Shown one piece after another: positions 15,891 to 24,000 of a stretch of 24,000 nucleotides of DNA; within the stretch, counting starts at the first letter, position 1, and every line of letters starts with the position of its first letter. The stretch comes from an uncultured Actinomycetota bacterium. Its GTDB lineage: Bacteria > Actinomycetota > Actinomycetes > S36-B12 > CAIYMF01. The notes under the pieces were generated by a model that worked only from the letters and a program-made list of their open reading frames with translations, had not been told where the DNA came from and searched no databases. The DNA lies in assembly GCA_963711805.1 (NCBI GenBank), contig CAVQFE010000010.1, positions 462,964-486,963 on the forward strand, written 5' to 3'. Position numbers and translations under genes: made by a program.

Positions 15891-17979
15891 CCTCAGCCGG
15901 TGCCGACGAGCAGCTCGCGCTCGTGGTCGGGCAGGTGCGTCGGACGCGGGTGAAGCCGCCCCCCGGGCCGGCCGCCGTGGACCCGGTCGCCCGGGTCGCC
16001 GTCGACGTCGCCCTCCCGCACCTCGACCGTCCGTTCGACTACGTCGTCCCCGAGCCGCTGTCGGTCTCGGCCGTCCCGGGAACGCGGGTGCGCGTCCGGT
16101 TCGCCGGCACGCTCGTCGACGGCTGGGTGCTGGAGCGGACCAGCCACACCGAGCACACCGGCCGGATGGAGCGGGTCGCGAAGGTGGTGAGCCCCGACCC
16201 CGTCCTCACGCCGGAGAGTGGTCGCGCTCGCTCGCGCCGTCGCCGACCGGTGGGCCGGCACGCTCGCCGACGTCCTGCGCGCCGCCGTCCCGCCCCGGCA
16301 CGCCGCCGTCGAGCGCGCGCTCGACGCCGCGGGCCGACCCGAACCGGAACCGCCGGCGTCCGCACCGGAGGACTCGGCCGGATGGTCGGCGTACTCCGGC
16401 GGGACCGCGCTGCTCGCGCGGCTGGGCGACGCGTCGCTCGCCTTCGTCCCCGAGACCCCCGGCCCGCGCGCGGTGTGGACCGCGGGACCCGGTGAGGACC
16501 CGGCCGTCGCCGTCGCGGGGCTGGTCGCCACCGCGGCATCGGCGGGGCGCGGCGTGCTGGTCGTGGCGCCCGACGCACGCGACGTCGCGCGCCTGGACGC
16601 CGCTCTGACAGCGCGGCTCGGGGCCGGGCGGCACCGGGTCCTGTCCGCCGACCTCGGCCCGGCCGCGCGCTACCGCGCCTTCCTCGAGATCCGCCGCGGG
16701 CACGTCGCCGTCGCCGTCGGCACCCGCGCCGCGGTGTTCGCCCCGGTGCGCGACCTCGGCCTCGTGGTCCTCTGGGACGACGGCGACGACTCGCTGGCCG
16801 AGCCGCACGCGCCCTACTGGCACGCCCGCGAGGTGCTGGCGCTGCGCGCCGCGCACACCGGCGCCGCACTCGTCCTGGGAGCGACGGCGCGCTCGGTGGA
16901 GGCGGCGGCGCTGGTCGCCTCCGGCTGGGCGCGCGAGGTCGTGCTGCCGCGGGCGGAGCTGCGTCGGCGCGGCCCGCGGGTGCTCACGTCCGGCAGCGAC
17001 GTCGACCTCGCACGCGACGAGGCGGCGCGCGGGGCCCGTCTCCCGCACGTGGCGTGGGAGACGGCGAAGACCGCGCTGGAGCGGGGCCCGGTCCTCGTCC
17101 AGGTCCCGCGCCGCGGCTACGTGCCGTCGCTGGCCTGCCAGACCTGCCGCGCCCCCGCCCGGTGCGCGCACTGCCACGGGCCGCTCGGCGTGACGAGCGG
17201 GCACGCGATCCCGGCGTGCGCCTGGTGCGGCCGGCTCGCCGGCGGCTGGGCCTGCGACCGGTGCTCCGGAACCCGCCTGCGGGCGACGTCGGTGGGGGAG
17301 CGGCGTACCGCCGAGGAGCTCGGCCGCGCGTTCCCCGGCGTCGCGGTGCGGGTGTCCGGTCGCGACCGCGGCGCGTCGGGCGTGCTCGACACCGTGGGCT
17401 CGCGGCCGGCGCTGGTCGTCGCGACGCCCGGTGCCGAGCCGCGGGCCGAGGGCGGGTACGCCGCGGCGCTCCTCCTCGACGGCCGGTCCATGCTCGACCG
17501 CGCCGACCTGCGCGCGGCCGAGGAGACCGTGCGCCGATGGGTCGCCGCCGCGAGCCTGGTGCGGCCCGCCGCCGAGGGCGGGACCGTCGTCGTCCTGGCC
17601 GACCCGGCCCTCGCCGCGGTGCAGGCCGCTCGTCCGGTACGACCCCGCGGGGTTCGCCGCCCGCGAGCTCGCCGAGCGCGAGGCGCTGCACCTGCCGCCC
17701 GCGTGGCGGCTGGCCGAGCTCACCGGCCAGCCGTCCGACGTCGCCGACCTGCTCCGGCGCTCGCCGGTGCCGCCGGGAGCCACCGTGCTCGGCCCGGTGC
17801 CCGTGCCGGCGCCGCGACGCGGCCTCGAGGCGGACACCCGGGTGCGGGCCCTCGTCGTGGTCGACCGCGCCGCGGGCGCCGGGCTCGCGGCGGCGCTGCA
17901 CGCGGGGACCTCGGTCCGCAGCGCGCGCAAGGAGGGCGGCCCGGTCACCGTCCGGATCGACCCCGTGGTCCTCGGCTGA
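15887..17979 (+). pseudogene. priA: primosomal protein N' (replication restart helicase PriA); frame broken twice
   Basis: GTG 15887 overlaps the GNAT stop (GTGA). The N-terminal 3'-DNA-binding region is VAVDVALPHLDRPFDYVVPE...RVRVRFAG (f2). The central part carries the Cys-rich zinc region CQTCRAPARCAHCHGPL...CAWCGRLAGGWACDRCSG (f3). The C-terminus LVRYDPAGFAARELAEREALHLPP... (f1) runs to the stop at 17979. The extra bases are at 16217 and 17628. Confidence 0.85.
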
Positions 17980-18010
17980 CCGAGCGTCGGCCGGTGGCCC
18001 AGCGCATCCC

Positions 18011-18016
18011 TAGACT
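18011..18016 (+). promoter_or_regulatory. -10-like hexamer TAGACT upstream of def
   Basis: TANNNT hexamer 35 nt before GTG 18052. The SD AAGGAG (18038-18043) sits 8 nt before the start. Confidence 0.3.
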
Positions 18017-18051
18017 GTCCCCACCCGTACGTCGACGAAGGAGCTCCCCGC

Positions 18052-18597
18052 GTGGCCGTCAAGCCCATCCGCCTGTTCGGCGACCCGGTGCTCACCACGC
18101 CGGCCGCGCCGGTGGAGACCTTCGACAAGGAGCTGCGCAAGCTCGTCAAGGACCTCACCGACACGATGGTCGACGCCCCGGGCGCCGGCCTGGCCGCCCC
18201 GCAGCTCGGCGTCAGCCTGCGGGTGTTCGTCTACGACGTCGACGACGTGATCGGCCACCTGATCAACCCGGTGCTCGACCTCTCCGAGGAGATGCAGGAG
18301 GGCGACGAGGGCTGCCTGTCGGTGCCCGAGCTCGCGTTCAACACCCGTCGGGCGATGCGCGTCGTGGCCAAGGGCATGAACGAGTTCGGCGAGCCGATCG
18401 TCGTCGAGGGCTCCGAGCTGCTGGCCCGTGCGGTGCAGCACGAGACCGACCACCTCGACGGGATCATGTTCATCGACCGGCTCGACCCGGAGACGCGCAA
18501 GGAGGCCATGCGCGCGATCCGCGCGGCCGAGTGGTTCGGCCAGCCCGAGCCCCAGGTGAAGCTCTCGCCGCACCGCATCTCCTCGCGCTGGCTCTGA
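18052..18597 (+). CDS. def: peptide deformylase
   Basis: Motifs seen: GAGLAAPQLGV, EGCLSVPE, QHETDHLDG (the three deformylase motifs). Length is 181 aa. Confidence 0.95.
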   Translation: MAVKPIRLFGDPVLTTPAAPVETFDKELRKLVKDLTDTMVDAPGAGLAAPQLGVSLRVFVYDVDDVIGHLINPVLDLSEEMQEGDEGCLSVPELAFNTRRAMRVVAKGMNEFGEPIVVEGSELLARAVQHETDHLDGIMFIDRLDPETRKEAMRAIRAAEWFGQPEPQVKLSPHRISSRWL

Positions 18598-18600
18598 CCG

Positions 18601-19530
18601 GTGCGCCTGGTCTTCGCCGGCACGCCCGAGGTCGCGCTGCCCTCGCTGCGCGCCCTGCTCGCCTCCCGCCACGAGGTCGTGGCCGTGGTGACCCGCCCCG
18701 ACGCGCCGGCCGGTCGTGGCCGGGCGCTGCACGCCTCGCCGGTGGCCACCCTCGCGCGGGAGCACGGTCTCGAGGTGCTCACGCCGGAGCGCCCGGGTGA
18801 TCCCGCGTTCCTCGACCGCCTGCGCGAGATCGCGCCCGACTGCTGCCCCGTCGTGGCCTACGGCTCCCTCGTGCCGCGCGCCGCCCTCGGCATCCCGCGG
18901 CACGGCTGGGTCAACCTGCACTTCTCGGTCCTGCCCGCGTGGCGCGGGGCCGCGCCCGTCCAGCACGCCGTGTGGCACGGCGACGACGTCACCGGGGCCA
19001 CGACCTTCCTGCTCGAGGAGGGCCTCGACACCGGCCCGGTGCTCGGCGTCGTGACCGAGGCGATCCGCCCGGCGGACACGAGCGGCGACCTGCTGGAGCG
19101 GCTGTCGGTGTCGGGCGCCGGCCTCCTCGTCGCGACCATGGACGCGCTCGACGACGGGATCATGGCCGCCGCGCGCCAGCCGGCCGACGGCGTCTCCTAC
19201 GCGCCGAAGCTCACCGTCGAGGACGCCGAGGTCGACTGGTCCCAGCCCGCCGTCCGTGTCGACCGCCAGGTCCGGGCGTGCACGCCGTCCCCAGGGGCGT
19301 GGACCACGCTGTCCGGCGTACGACTCAAGCTCGGACCGGTCGCCCTGCTGGCCGACGACGCGGGCCTGGCGCCGGGCGAGCTCGGGGTGGACAAGGACCG
19401 GGTGCGGGTCGGCACGGCCACCCACGCCGTGGTCCTCGGCGAGGTGCAGGCGCCGGGCAAGCGGCCGATGGCCGCGGCCGACTGGGCCAGGGGCGCGCGC
19501 CCCGCGGCCGGGACGAGGCTCGGCGCATGA
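18601..19530 (+). CDS. fmt: methionyl-tRNA formyltransferase
   Basis: Motifs seen: [36 protein letters not shown]-terminal tRNA-binding domain is present. Length is 309 aa. Confidence 0.95.
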   Translation: MRLVFAGTPEVALPSLRALLASRHEVVAVVTRPDAPAGRGRALHASPVATLAREHGLEVLTPERPGDPAFLDRLREIAPDCCPVVAYGSLVPRAALGIPRHGWVNLHFSVLPAWRGAAPVQHAVWHGDDVTGATTFLLEEGLDTGPVLGVVTEAIRPADTSGDLLERLSVSGAGLLVATMDALDDGIMAAARQPADGVSYAPKLTVEDAEVDWSQPAVRVDRQVRACTPSPGAWTTLSGVRLKLGPVALLADDAGLAPGELGVDKDRVRVGTATHAVVLGEVQAPGKRPMAAADWARGARPAAGTRLGA

Positions 19531-20948
19531 GCGACGGTCCGCGCGGCCATCGCACCCGCCCGGTCCAGTGGCGCCCGGACCGCAAGGCGACCGATCCGGC
19601 GCGCCTCGCGGCGTACGACATCCTGCGCGCGGTCGACACCGAGGGCGCCTACGCCAACCTGGTCGCCCAGCGCGTCCTCGCCGAGGCCGGGCTGCACGGC
19701 CGCGACGCCGCGTTCACCACCACCCTCGCCTACGGCACGCTGCGCTGGCGCGGGCTCCTCGACGCCGTGCTCGAGGCGTGCAGCGCCCGGCCGCTGGACG
19801 AGATCGACCCGCCGCTGCTCGACGTCGTACGCCTCGGGGCCATGCAGATCCTGTTCCTGCGCACGCCGCCGCACGCCGCGGTGGGCGAGACGGTGCAGCT
19901 CGCCCGGCTCGTCGGCGGCGAGGCCCGGTCGAAGTTCGCGAACGCGGTGCTGCGCCGGGTGGGCGAGCGCGACCTGGACGCCTGGGTCGAGCAGGTCGCC
20001 CCGGACCCGGCGACCGACCCGGCCGCCCATCTGGCCGTGGCGCGGTCGCACCCGCGCTGGATCGTCGACGCCCTGCACGACGCCCTGTCGTCGTGGACCG
20101 GTGCGCCCTCGTGGGCGGAGACCGAGGACCTGCTCGCCGCGGACAACGAGCCGGGTGGGGTCACGCTCGTGGCCCGGCCGGGCCGCAGCGACGTCGAGGA
20201 CCTGCTCGAGCTGCGCGGAGCGGCCCCCGGCCGGTGGTCGCCGTACGCCGTGACGCTCGACGCCGGGAACCCCGGCGACATCGCCGCGGTCCGCTCCGGG
20301 GACGCCGGCGTGCAGGACGAGGGCAGCCAGCTCGTGGCGCTCGCCCTGAGCCGCGTGCCGATCGACGGTCCCGACACCAGCTGGCTCGACATGGCGGCCG
20401 GGCCGGGAGGCAAGGCGGCGCTGCTCGCCGGCCTGGGCCTGGACCGCGGCGCCGCCCTGCTCGCCGCGGACCGCGCCCCGCACCGCGCCGGGCTCGTCGC
20501 GCAGGCCCTGCGCGGGGCCCCGGGGCACCACCTGGCCGTCGCCGCCGACGGGACCCACGGTCCGTGGCGGCCCGCCACGTTCGACCGGGTGCTGCTCGAC
20601 GCCCCGTGCACCGGGCTCGGCGTGCTGCGCCGCCGGCCCGAGTCGCGCTGGCGCCGGTCACCGGCCGACGTCGCCGACCTCGCCGCCCTGCAGCACCGGC
20701 TGCTCGCGGCCGCGATCGACGCCGTCCGGGTGGGCGGCGTCGTCGGCTACGTCACCTGCTCGCCGCACGTCGCCGAGACCGACGTCATCGTCGACGCCGC
20801 GCTGCGCCGGGGCGGCGTCGAGCAGGTCGACGCCCGGCCGCTGCTGCCCGAGGTCGAGCACCTCGGCGACGGTCCGAGCGTGCGGCTGTGGCCGCACGTG
20901 CACGGCACCGACGGCATGTTCCTCGCCGTGCTGCGCCGTACGTCCTGA
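19527..20948 (+). CDS. rsmB: 16S rRNA (cytosine-C5)-methyltransferase RsmB/Sun
   Basis: The ATG overlaps the fmt stop (ATGA). It has a NusB-like N-terminal domain ([12 protein letters not shown]) and methyltransferase motifs [24 protein letters not shown] and [10 protein letters not shown]. The listed ORF start at 18939 is an upstream alternate-frame extension. Confidence 0.9.
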   Translation: MSDGPRGHRTRPVQWRPDRKATDPARLAAYDILRAVDTEGAYANLVAQRVLAEAGLHGRDAAFTTTLAYGTLRWRGLLDAVLEACSARPLDEIDPPLLDVVRLGAMQILFLRTPPHAAVGETVQLARLVGGEARSKFANAVLRRVGERDLDAWVEQVAPDPATDPAAHLAVARSHPRWIVDALHDALSSWTGAPSWAETEDLLAADNEPGGVTLVARPGRSDVEDLLELRGAAPGRWSPYAVTLDAGNPGDIAAVRSGDAGVQDEGSQLVALALSRVPIDGPDTSWLDMAAGPGGKAALLAGLGLDRGAALLAADRAPHRAGLVAQALRGAPGHHLAVAADGTHGPWRPATFDRVLLDAPCTGLGVLRRRPESRWRRSPADVADLAALQHRLLAAAIDAVRVGGVVGYVTCSPHVAETDVIVDAALRRGGVEQVDARPLLPEVEHLGDGPSVRLWPHVHGTDGMFLAVLRRTS

Positions 20949-21000
20949 TCCGGTCCGCGACGACGAGGGCGCGGCGCACGGGACCGGCCGGACGCCGGGA

Positions 21001-21006
21001 TAGCCT
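21001..21006 (+). promoter_or_regulatory. -10-like hexamer TAGCCT placed for a leaderless rpe transcript
   Basis: TANNNT hexamer ending 7 nt before ATG 21014. No SD-like purine run lies in between (TCGCCCC). Confidence 0.3.
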
Positions 21007-21013
21007 TCGCCCC

Positions 21014-21703
21014 ATGGGCGTCCAGATCTCCCCGAGCATCCTGTCGGCCGACTTCGCGCGCCTCGCCGAGGAGTGCGAGCGCGTCGCCGGTGCGGCCGAC
21101 TGGCTGCACGTCGACGTCATGGACAACCACTTCGTCCCGAACCTCACCCTCGGGCTCCCCGTCGTCGAGGCGCTGCTGCGCACGGTGACGACGCCGGTCG
21201 ACTGCCACCTCATGATCGAGGACCCGGACCGCTGGGCCCCGGCGTACGCCGAGGCCGGTGCCGGCTCGGTCACCTTCCACGTCGAGGCCGCCGCGGCGCC
21301 GGTGCGGCTGGCCCGCACGATCCGCGCGGCCGGGGCCCGCGCGGGCCTGGCGCTCAAGCCGGCCACGCCGGTGGACGGCTACGCCGACCTGCTGCCCGAG
21401 ATCGACATGCTGCTGCTCATGACCGTGGAGCCCGGCTTCGGCGGGCAGCGGTTCCTCGACGTCGTCGTCCCGAAGATCCGGCGCGCCCGCGAGCTGGTGA
21501 AGGGCCGCGACCTCGACCTGTGGATCCAGGTCGACGGGGGCGTCTCGGCCGAGACGGTCGAGCGGTGCGCCGACGCCGGGGCCGACGTCTTCGTCGCCGG
21601 GTCCGCGGTGTACGGCGCGGCCGACCCGGCGGCCGCGGTCCGGTCCCTCGCCGCCGCGGCGGCGTCGGCCACCGCCGCGTCGTGGTGGTGCCCGCCCGCG
21701 TAG
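21014..21703 (+). CDS. rpe: ribulose-phosphate 3-epimerase
   Basis: Motifs seen: [41 protein letters not shown]. The frame is continuous to the TAG at 21701-21703. Confidence 0.95.
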   Translation: MGVQISPSILSADFARLAEECERVAGAADWLHVDVMDNHFVPNLTLGLPVVEALLRTVTTPVDCHLMIEDPDRWAPAYAEAGAGSVTFHVEAAAAPVRLARTIRAAGARAGLALKPATPVDGYADLLPEIDMLLLMTVEPGFGGQRFLDVVVPKIRRARELVKGRDLDLWIQVDGGVSAETVERCADAGADVFVAGSAVYGAADPAAAVRSLAAAAASATAASWWCPPA

Positions 21704-21706
21704 ACT
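21701..21706 (+). promoter_or_regulatory. -10-like hexamer TAGACT upstream of the FMN riboswitch
   Basis: TANNNT hexamer overlapping the rpe stop, 25 nt before riboswitch P1. It would place a transcription start just upstream of the aptamer. Confidence 0.3.
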
Positions 21707-21730
21707 CACCGGCGTACGAGCACACCAGCT

Positions 21731-21895
21731 CGCGCGTCCCGGGGTCGGTGCAACTCCGAACCGGCGGTGTCAGCCCGCGACCCGGCCACAGCCAGTGGCC
21801 GGTTGATCCGGTCAGCCCGCGCCCGCTGCCGTCCACGGCAGCGGCGTGCGCCATCCGGAGCCGACGGTCAAAGTCCGGATGGGAGGCGACGCGCG
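21731..21895 (+). promoter_or_regulatory. FMN riboswitch (RFN element) aptamer controlling ribD-ribE-ribBA
   Basis: P1 is CGCGCGTC (21731-21738) pairing with GACGCGCG (21888-21895). Conserved cores present: GGGGTCGGTGCAACTCCGAACCGGCGGT, AGCCCGCGAC, GGTTGATCCGGT, CCGGAGCCGACGGTCAAAGTCCGGATGGGAGG. It lies directly 5' of riboflavin biosynthesis genes. Confidence 0.88.
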
Positions 21896-22003
21896 CGGTC
21901 GGTCGCCGTACGCCGGGACCTCGCCGTCCCGGCGTCGCGCGTCGCCGTGTCCGCCTCCCGACCCAGCCCTCCGGGCCGCGCCGGCGCCGACACCTCCGAG
22001 GCG

Positions 22004-23039
22004 GTGAGCGCGATGACGACCGAGGCCGACGCGATGCGTCGCGCGCTCGAGCTCGCCGCCACGCCCGGGGTCCCGACCGGCCCCAACCCGCGGGTCGGCT
22101 GCGTGCTGCTGCGACCCGACGGCTCCGTGCTCGCCGAGGGCTTCCACCGGGGCGCGGGGACCCCGCACGCGGAGGTCGACGCGCTGGCCCGGGCCGGCGC
22201 CGAGGCCCGCGGGGCGACCGCCGTCGTGACCCTCGAGCCGTGCAACCACACCGGCCGGACCGGGCCGTGCGCGCAGGCGCTCGTCGACGCCGGTGTCGGG
22301 CGCGTCGTGTTCGCCCAGGCCGACCCCAACCCGGTCGCGGCCGGGGGAGCGGCGCGGCTGCGCGCCGCCGGCGTCGACGTCAGCGGCGGGCTGCTCGCGG
22401 ACCGGGCCGCGGCGCTCAACGAGGCCTGGACCTTCGCCGTCACCCACGGCCGGCCGTTCGTCACGTGGAAGGCGGCCACCACCCTCGACGGCCGGGTCGC
22501 CGCGGCCGACGGCACGAGCCGGTGGATCACCTCGCCCGAGGCGCGCGCCGACGTCCACGACCTGCGCGCCTCGGTCGACGCGGTCATGGTCGGCACCGGC
22601 ACCGTGCGCGCCGACGACCCGCACCTCGCGGTGCGCCGCGACGGCGCGGTGGCCGGGGGCCACCAGCCGCTGCGGGTCGTCGTCGGGACTGAGCGACGTC
22701 CCGCCGGGGTCGCGCGTGCTCGACGGCGCGGCGCCGACGCTGTGCCTGCGCACGCACGACCCGCGGGAGGTGCTCGCCGAGCTGGCCGGCCGCGACGTCC
22801 AGCACGTCCTGCTCGAGGGCGGGCCGACCCTCGCCGCGGCGTTCGTCCGCGCCGGTCTCGTCGACGCGGTGCGCTGGTACGTCGCCCCCGCCCTGCTCGG
22901 GGCCGGGGCGGGCGCGCTCGCCGACGCGGGCATGTCCACGATCACGGACGCGTTGCGTCTCACGGTGACCGGTCTCGCGCTCGTCGGCGCGGACGTACGC
23001 ATCGACGCCCGGGTCGTCCGGGTCAACGAGGAGGACTGA
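22004..23039 (+). pseudogene. ribD: bifunctional riboflavin deaminase/reductase RibD; frame broken by one extra base at 22688
   Basis: The deaminase domain is in frame 2 from GTG 22004 (or ATG 22013): MRRALELA...NPRVGCVLL...HAEVDAL...[14 protein letters not shown]. The reductase domain starts in frame 2 ([22 protein letters not shown]...HQPLRVVVG) and continues in frame 3 ([13 protein letters not shown]...[14 protein letters not shown]...) to the stop at 23037-23039. The frame-2 part is missing from the ORF track because that frame stays open to the window end. Confidence 0.85.
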
Positions 23040-23636
23040 GTGTTCACCGGCATCGTCGAGGAGCTCGGCAGCGTCGTGGCGGTGGAGCCGCAGGGCGACG
23101 CCGTACGGCTGCGCATCCGCGGCCCGCTCGTCACCAGCGACGCGGTCCACGGCGCGTCCATCGCCGTCAACGGCGTCTGCCTCACCGTCGTGGACCGGAC
23201 CGACGGCGAGTTCACCGCGGACGTCATGCAGGAGACCCTCGACCGCTCGTCCCTCGGCGCACTCGTCCCGGGGTCCCCGGTCAACCTCGAGCGTCCGGTG
23301 ACCCTCGACGCCCGGCTCGGCGGGCACCTCGTCCAGGGGCACGTCGACGGCACCGGCACGATCCTCGAGCGCACGCCCAGCGAGCACTGGGAGGTCGTGC
23401 GCGTGTCCCTGCCCGACGACCTGGGCCGCTACGTCGTGGAGAAGGGGTCGATCACGGTCGACGGCGTCTCGCTCACGGTCGTCGAGGCGGCCCGCGACTC
23501 CTTCACGGTGTCGCTCATCCCCACCACGCTCGGGCTCACGACGCTCGGGTCCAAGTCCCCAGGCGATCCCGTCAACCTCGAGGTCGACGTCGTCGCGAAG
23601 TACGTCGAGCGGATGCTCGGGTGGAGGGCCTCATGA
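23040..23636 (+). CDS. ribE: riboflavin synthase (alpha chain)
   Basis: The GTG immediately follows the ribD stop. It begins [10 protein letters not shown] and shows the duplicated lumazine-binding repeats ([11 protein letters not shown] / [11 protein letters not shown]). Length is 198 aa. Confidence 0.92.
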   Translation: MFTGIVEELGSVVAVEPQGDAVRLRIRGPLVTSDAVHGASIAVNGVCLTVVDRTDGEFTADVMQETLDRSSLGALVPGSPVNLERPVTLDARLGGHLVQGHVDGTGTILERTPSEHWEVVRVSLPDDLGRYVVEKGSITVDGVSLTVVEAARDSFTVSLIPTTLGLTTLGSKSPGDPVNLEVDVVAKYVERMLGWRAS

Positions 23637-24000
23637 CCACTCACGACGCCAGTCTCGCTCCGGTGGACCCCGCGTCCCGCGACGGCGTGCGCCTCGACCC
23701 GGTCGAGGACGCCGTGGCGGCCATCCGCGCCGGCCGTCCGGTCGTCGTCGTCGACGACGAGGACCGCGAGAACGAGGGCGACCTGATCTTCGCCGCGCAA
23801 CGGGCGACGCCGGAGCTCGTCGGCTTCATGATCCGGTGGACGAGCGGCTACATCTGCGTCGCGATGCCCGGTCGCGACCTCGACCGGCTCGGGCTGCCGC
23901 CGATGACGCTCGTGAACGAGGACAAGAAGGGCACGGCGTACGCCGTCACCGTCGACGCCCGCGACGTGAAGGCCACCGGCATCTCCGCCGAGGACCGGGC
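23633..24000 (+). CDS. ribBA: bifunctional 3,4-dihydroxy-2-butanone-4-phosphate synthase / GTP cyclohydrolase II, N-terminal part (3' end beyond window)
   Basis: The ATG overlaps the ribE stop (ATGA). My hand translation gives [53 protein letters not shown]...[13 protein letters not shown], which is the DHBP synthase signature. The frame is open to nt 24000. Confidence 0.9.
   Translation, partial: MTTHDASLAPVDPASRDGVRLDPVEDAVAAIRAGRPVVVVDDEDRENEGDLIFAAQRATPELVGFMIRWTSGYICVAMPGRDLDRLGLPPMTLVNEDKKGTAYAVTVDARDVKATGISAEDR

Noticed and set aside
16206-18164. Long antisense or alternate-frame ORFs (e.g. 16206-18164 -, 13541-15463 -, 18010-19425 -, 8298-10487 +, 19197-20558 -, 12622-14235 -, 4667-5983 -, 21812-23374 -)
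   Set aside because: All overlap well-supported genes on the opposite strand or in another frame. They have Arg/Pro/Gly/Ala-dominated low-complexity translations with no recognisable motifs, which is typical of stop-codon-poor frames in >70% GC DNA.
20950-20987. Stem CCGGTCC (20950-20956) / GGACCGG (20981-20987) after rsmB as a terminator
   Set aside because: The stem is 7 bp with a 24-nt loop and no T-tail. It is weak and indistinguishable from chance complementarity in GC-rich DNA.
2334-22688. Programmed ribosomal frameshifting or transcriptional slippage as an explanation for the frame breaks
   Set aside because: There are twelve sites in unrelated genes, and most lack slippery heptamers or long homopolymers. 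Six occur in one gene. No known system works this way, so insertion-type sequence error is far more parsimonious.
1-24000. CRISPR arrays, tRNA/rRNA genes, transposases, integrases, toxin-antitoxin pairs and known defence-system signatures
   Set aside because: I looked for regularly spaced repeats, cloverleaf-like segments and the hallmark motifs on both strands and found none. The only nuclease-like gene is the DUF222/HNH protein.

Overview
High-GC actinobacterial chromosome segment. Spot counts of single 60-nt lines give about 72-78% GC in the backbone. It carries a conserved housekeeping backbone on the + strand: carB(3' part)-pyrK-pyrD-pyrF, then mihF-gmk-rpoZ-coaBC-metK-GNAT-priA-def-fmt-rsmB-rpe, an FMN riboswitch, and ribD-ribE-ribBA(5' part). 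A mosaic accessory insertion of about 7 kb (4430-11392) separates pyrF from mihF. It holds a DUF222/HNH endonuclease gene, a visibly lower-GC ECF sigma / membrane anti-sigma pair, a YjjI-type glycyl-radical enzyme with its YjjW-type radical-SAM activase, and a small secreted protein of unknown function. The YjjI/YjjW pair is the most interesting cargo because its chemistry is uncharacterised, but I see no clear evidence of a wholly new multi-gene system. The other main observation is that 12 reading-frame breaks fall in otherwise well-conserved genes (pyrK, HNH, sigma, coaBC x6, priA x2, ribD). Every one behaves as a single-base insertion (+1), which points to insertion-biased sequence error rather than real gene decay. 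No tRNA, rRNA, CRISPR array, transposase or integrase was recognised. Many long ORFs in the supplied track are alternate-frame or antisense artefacts of high GC content.
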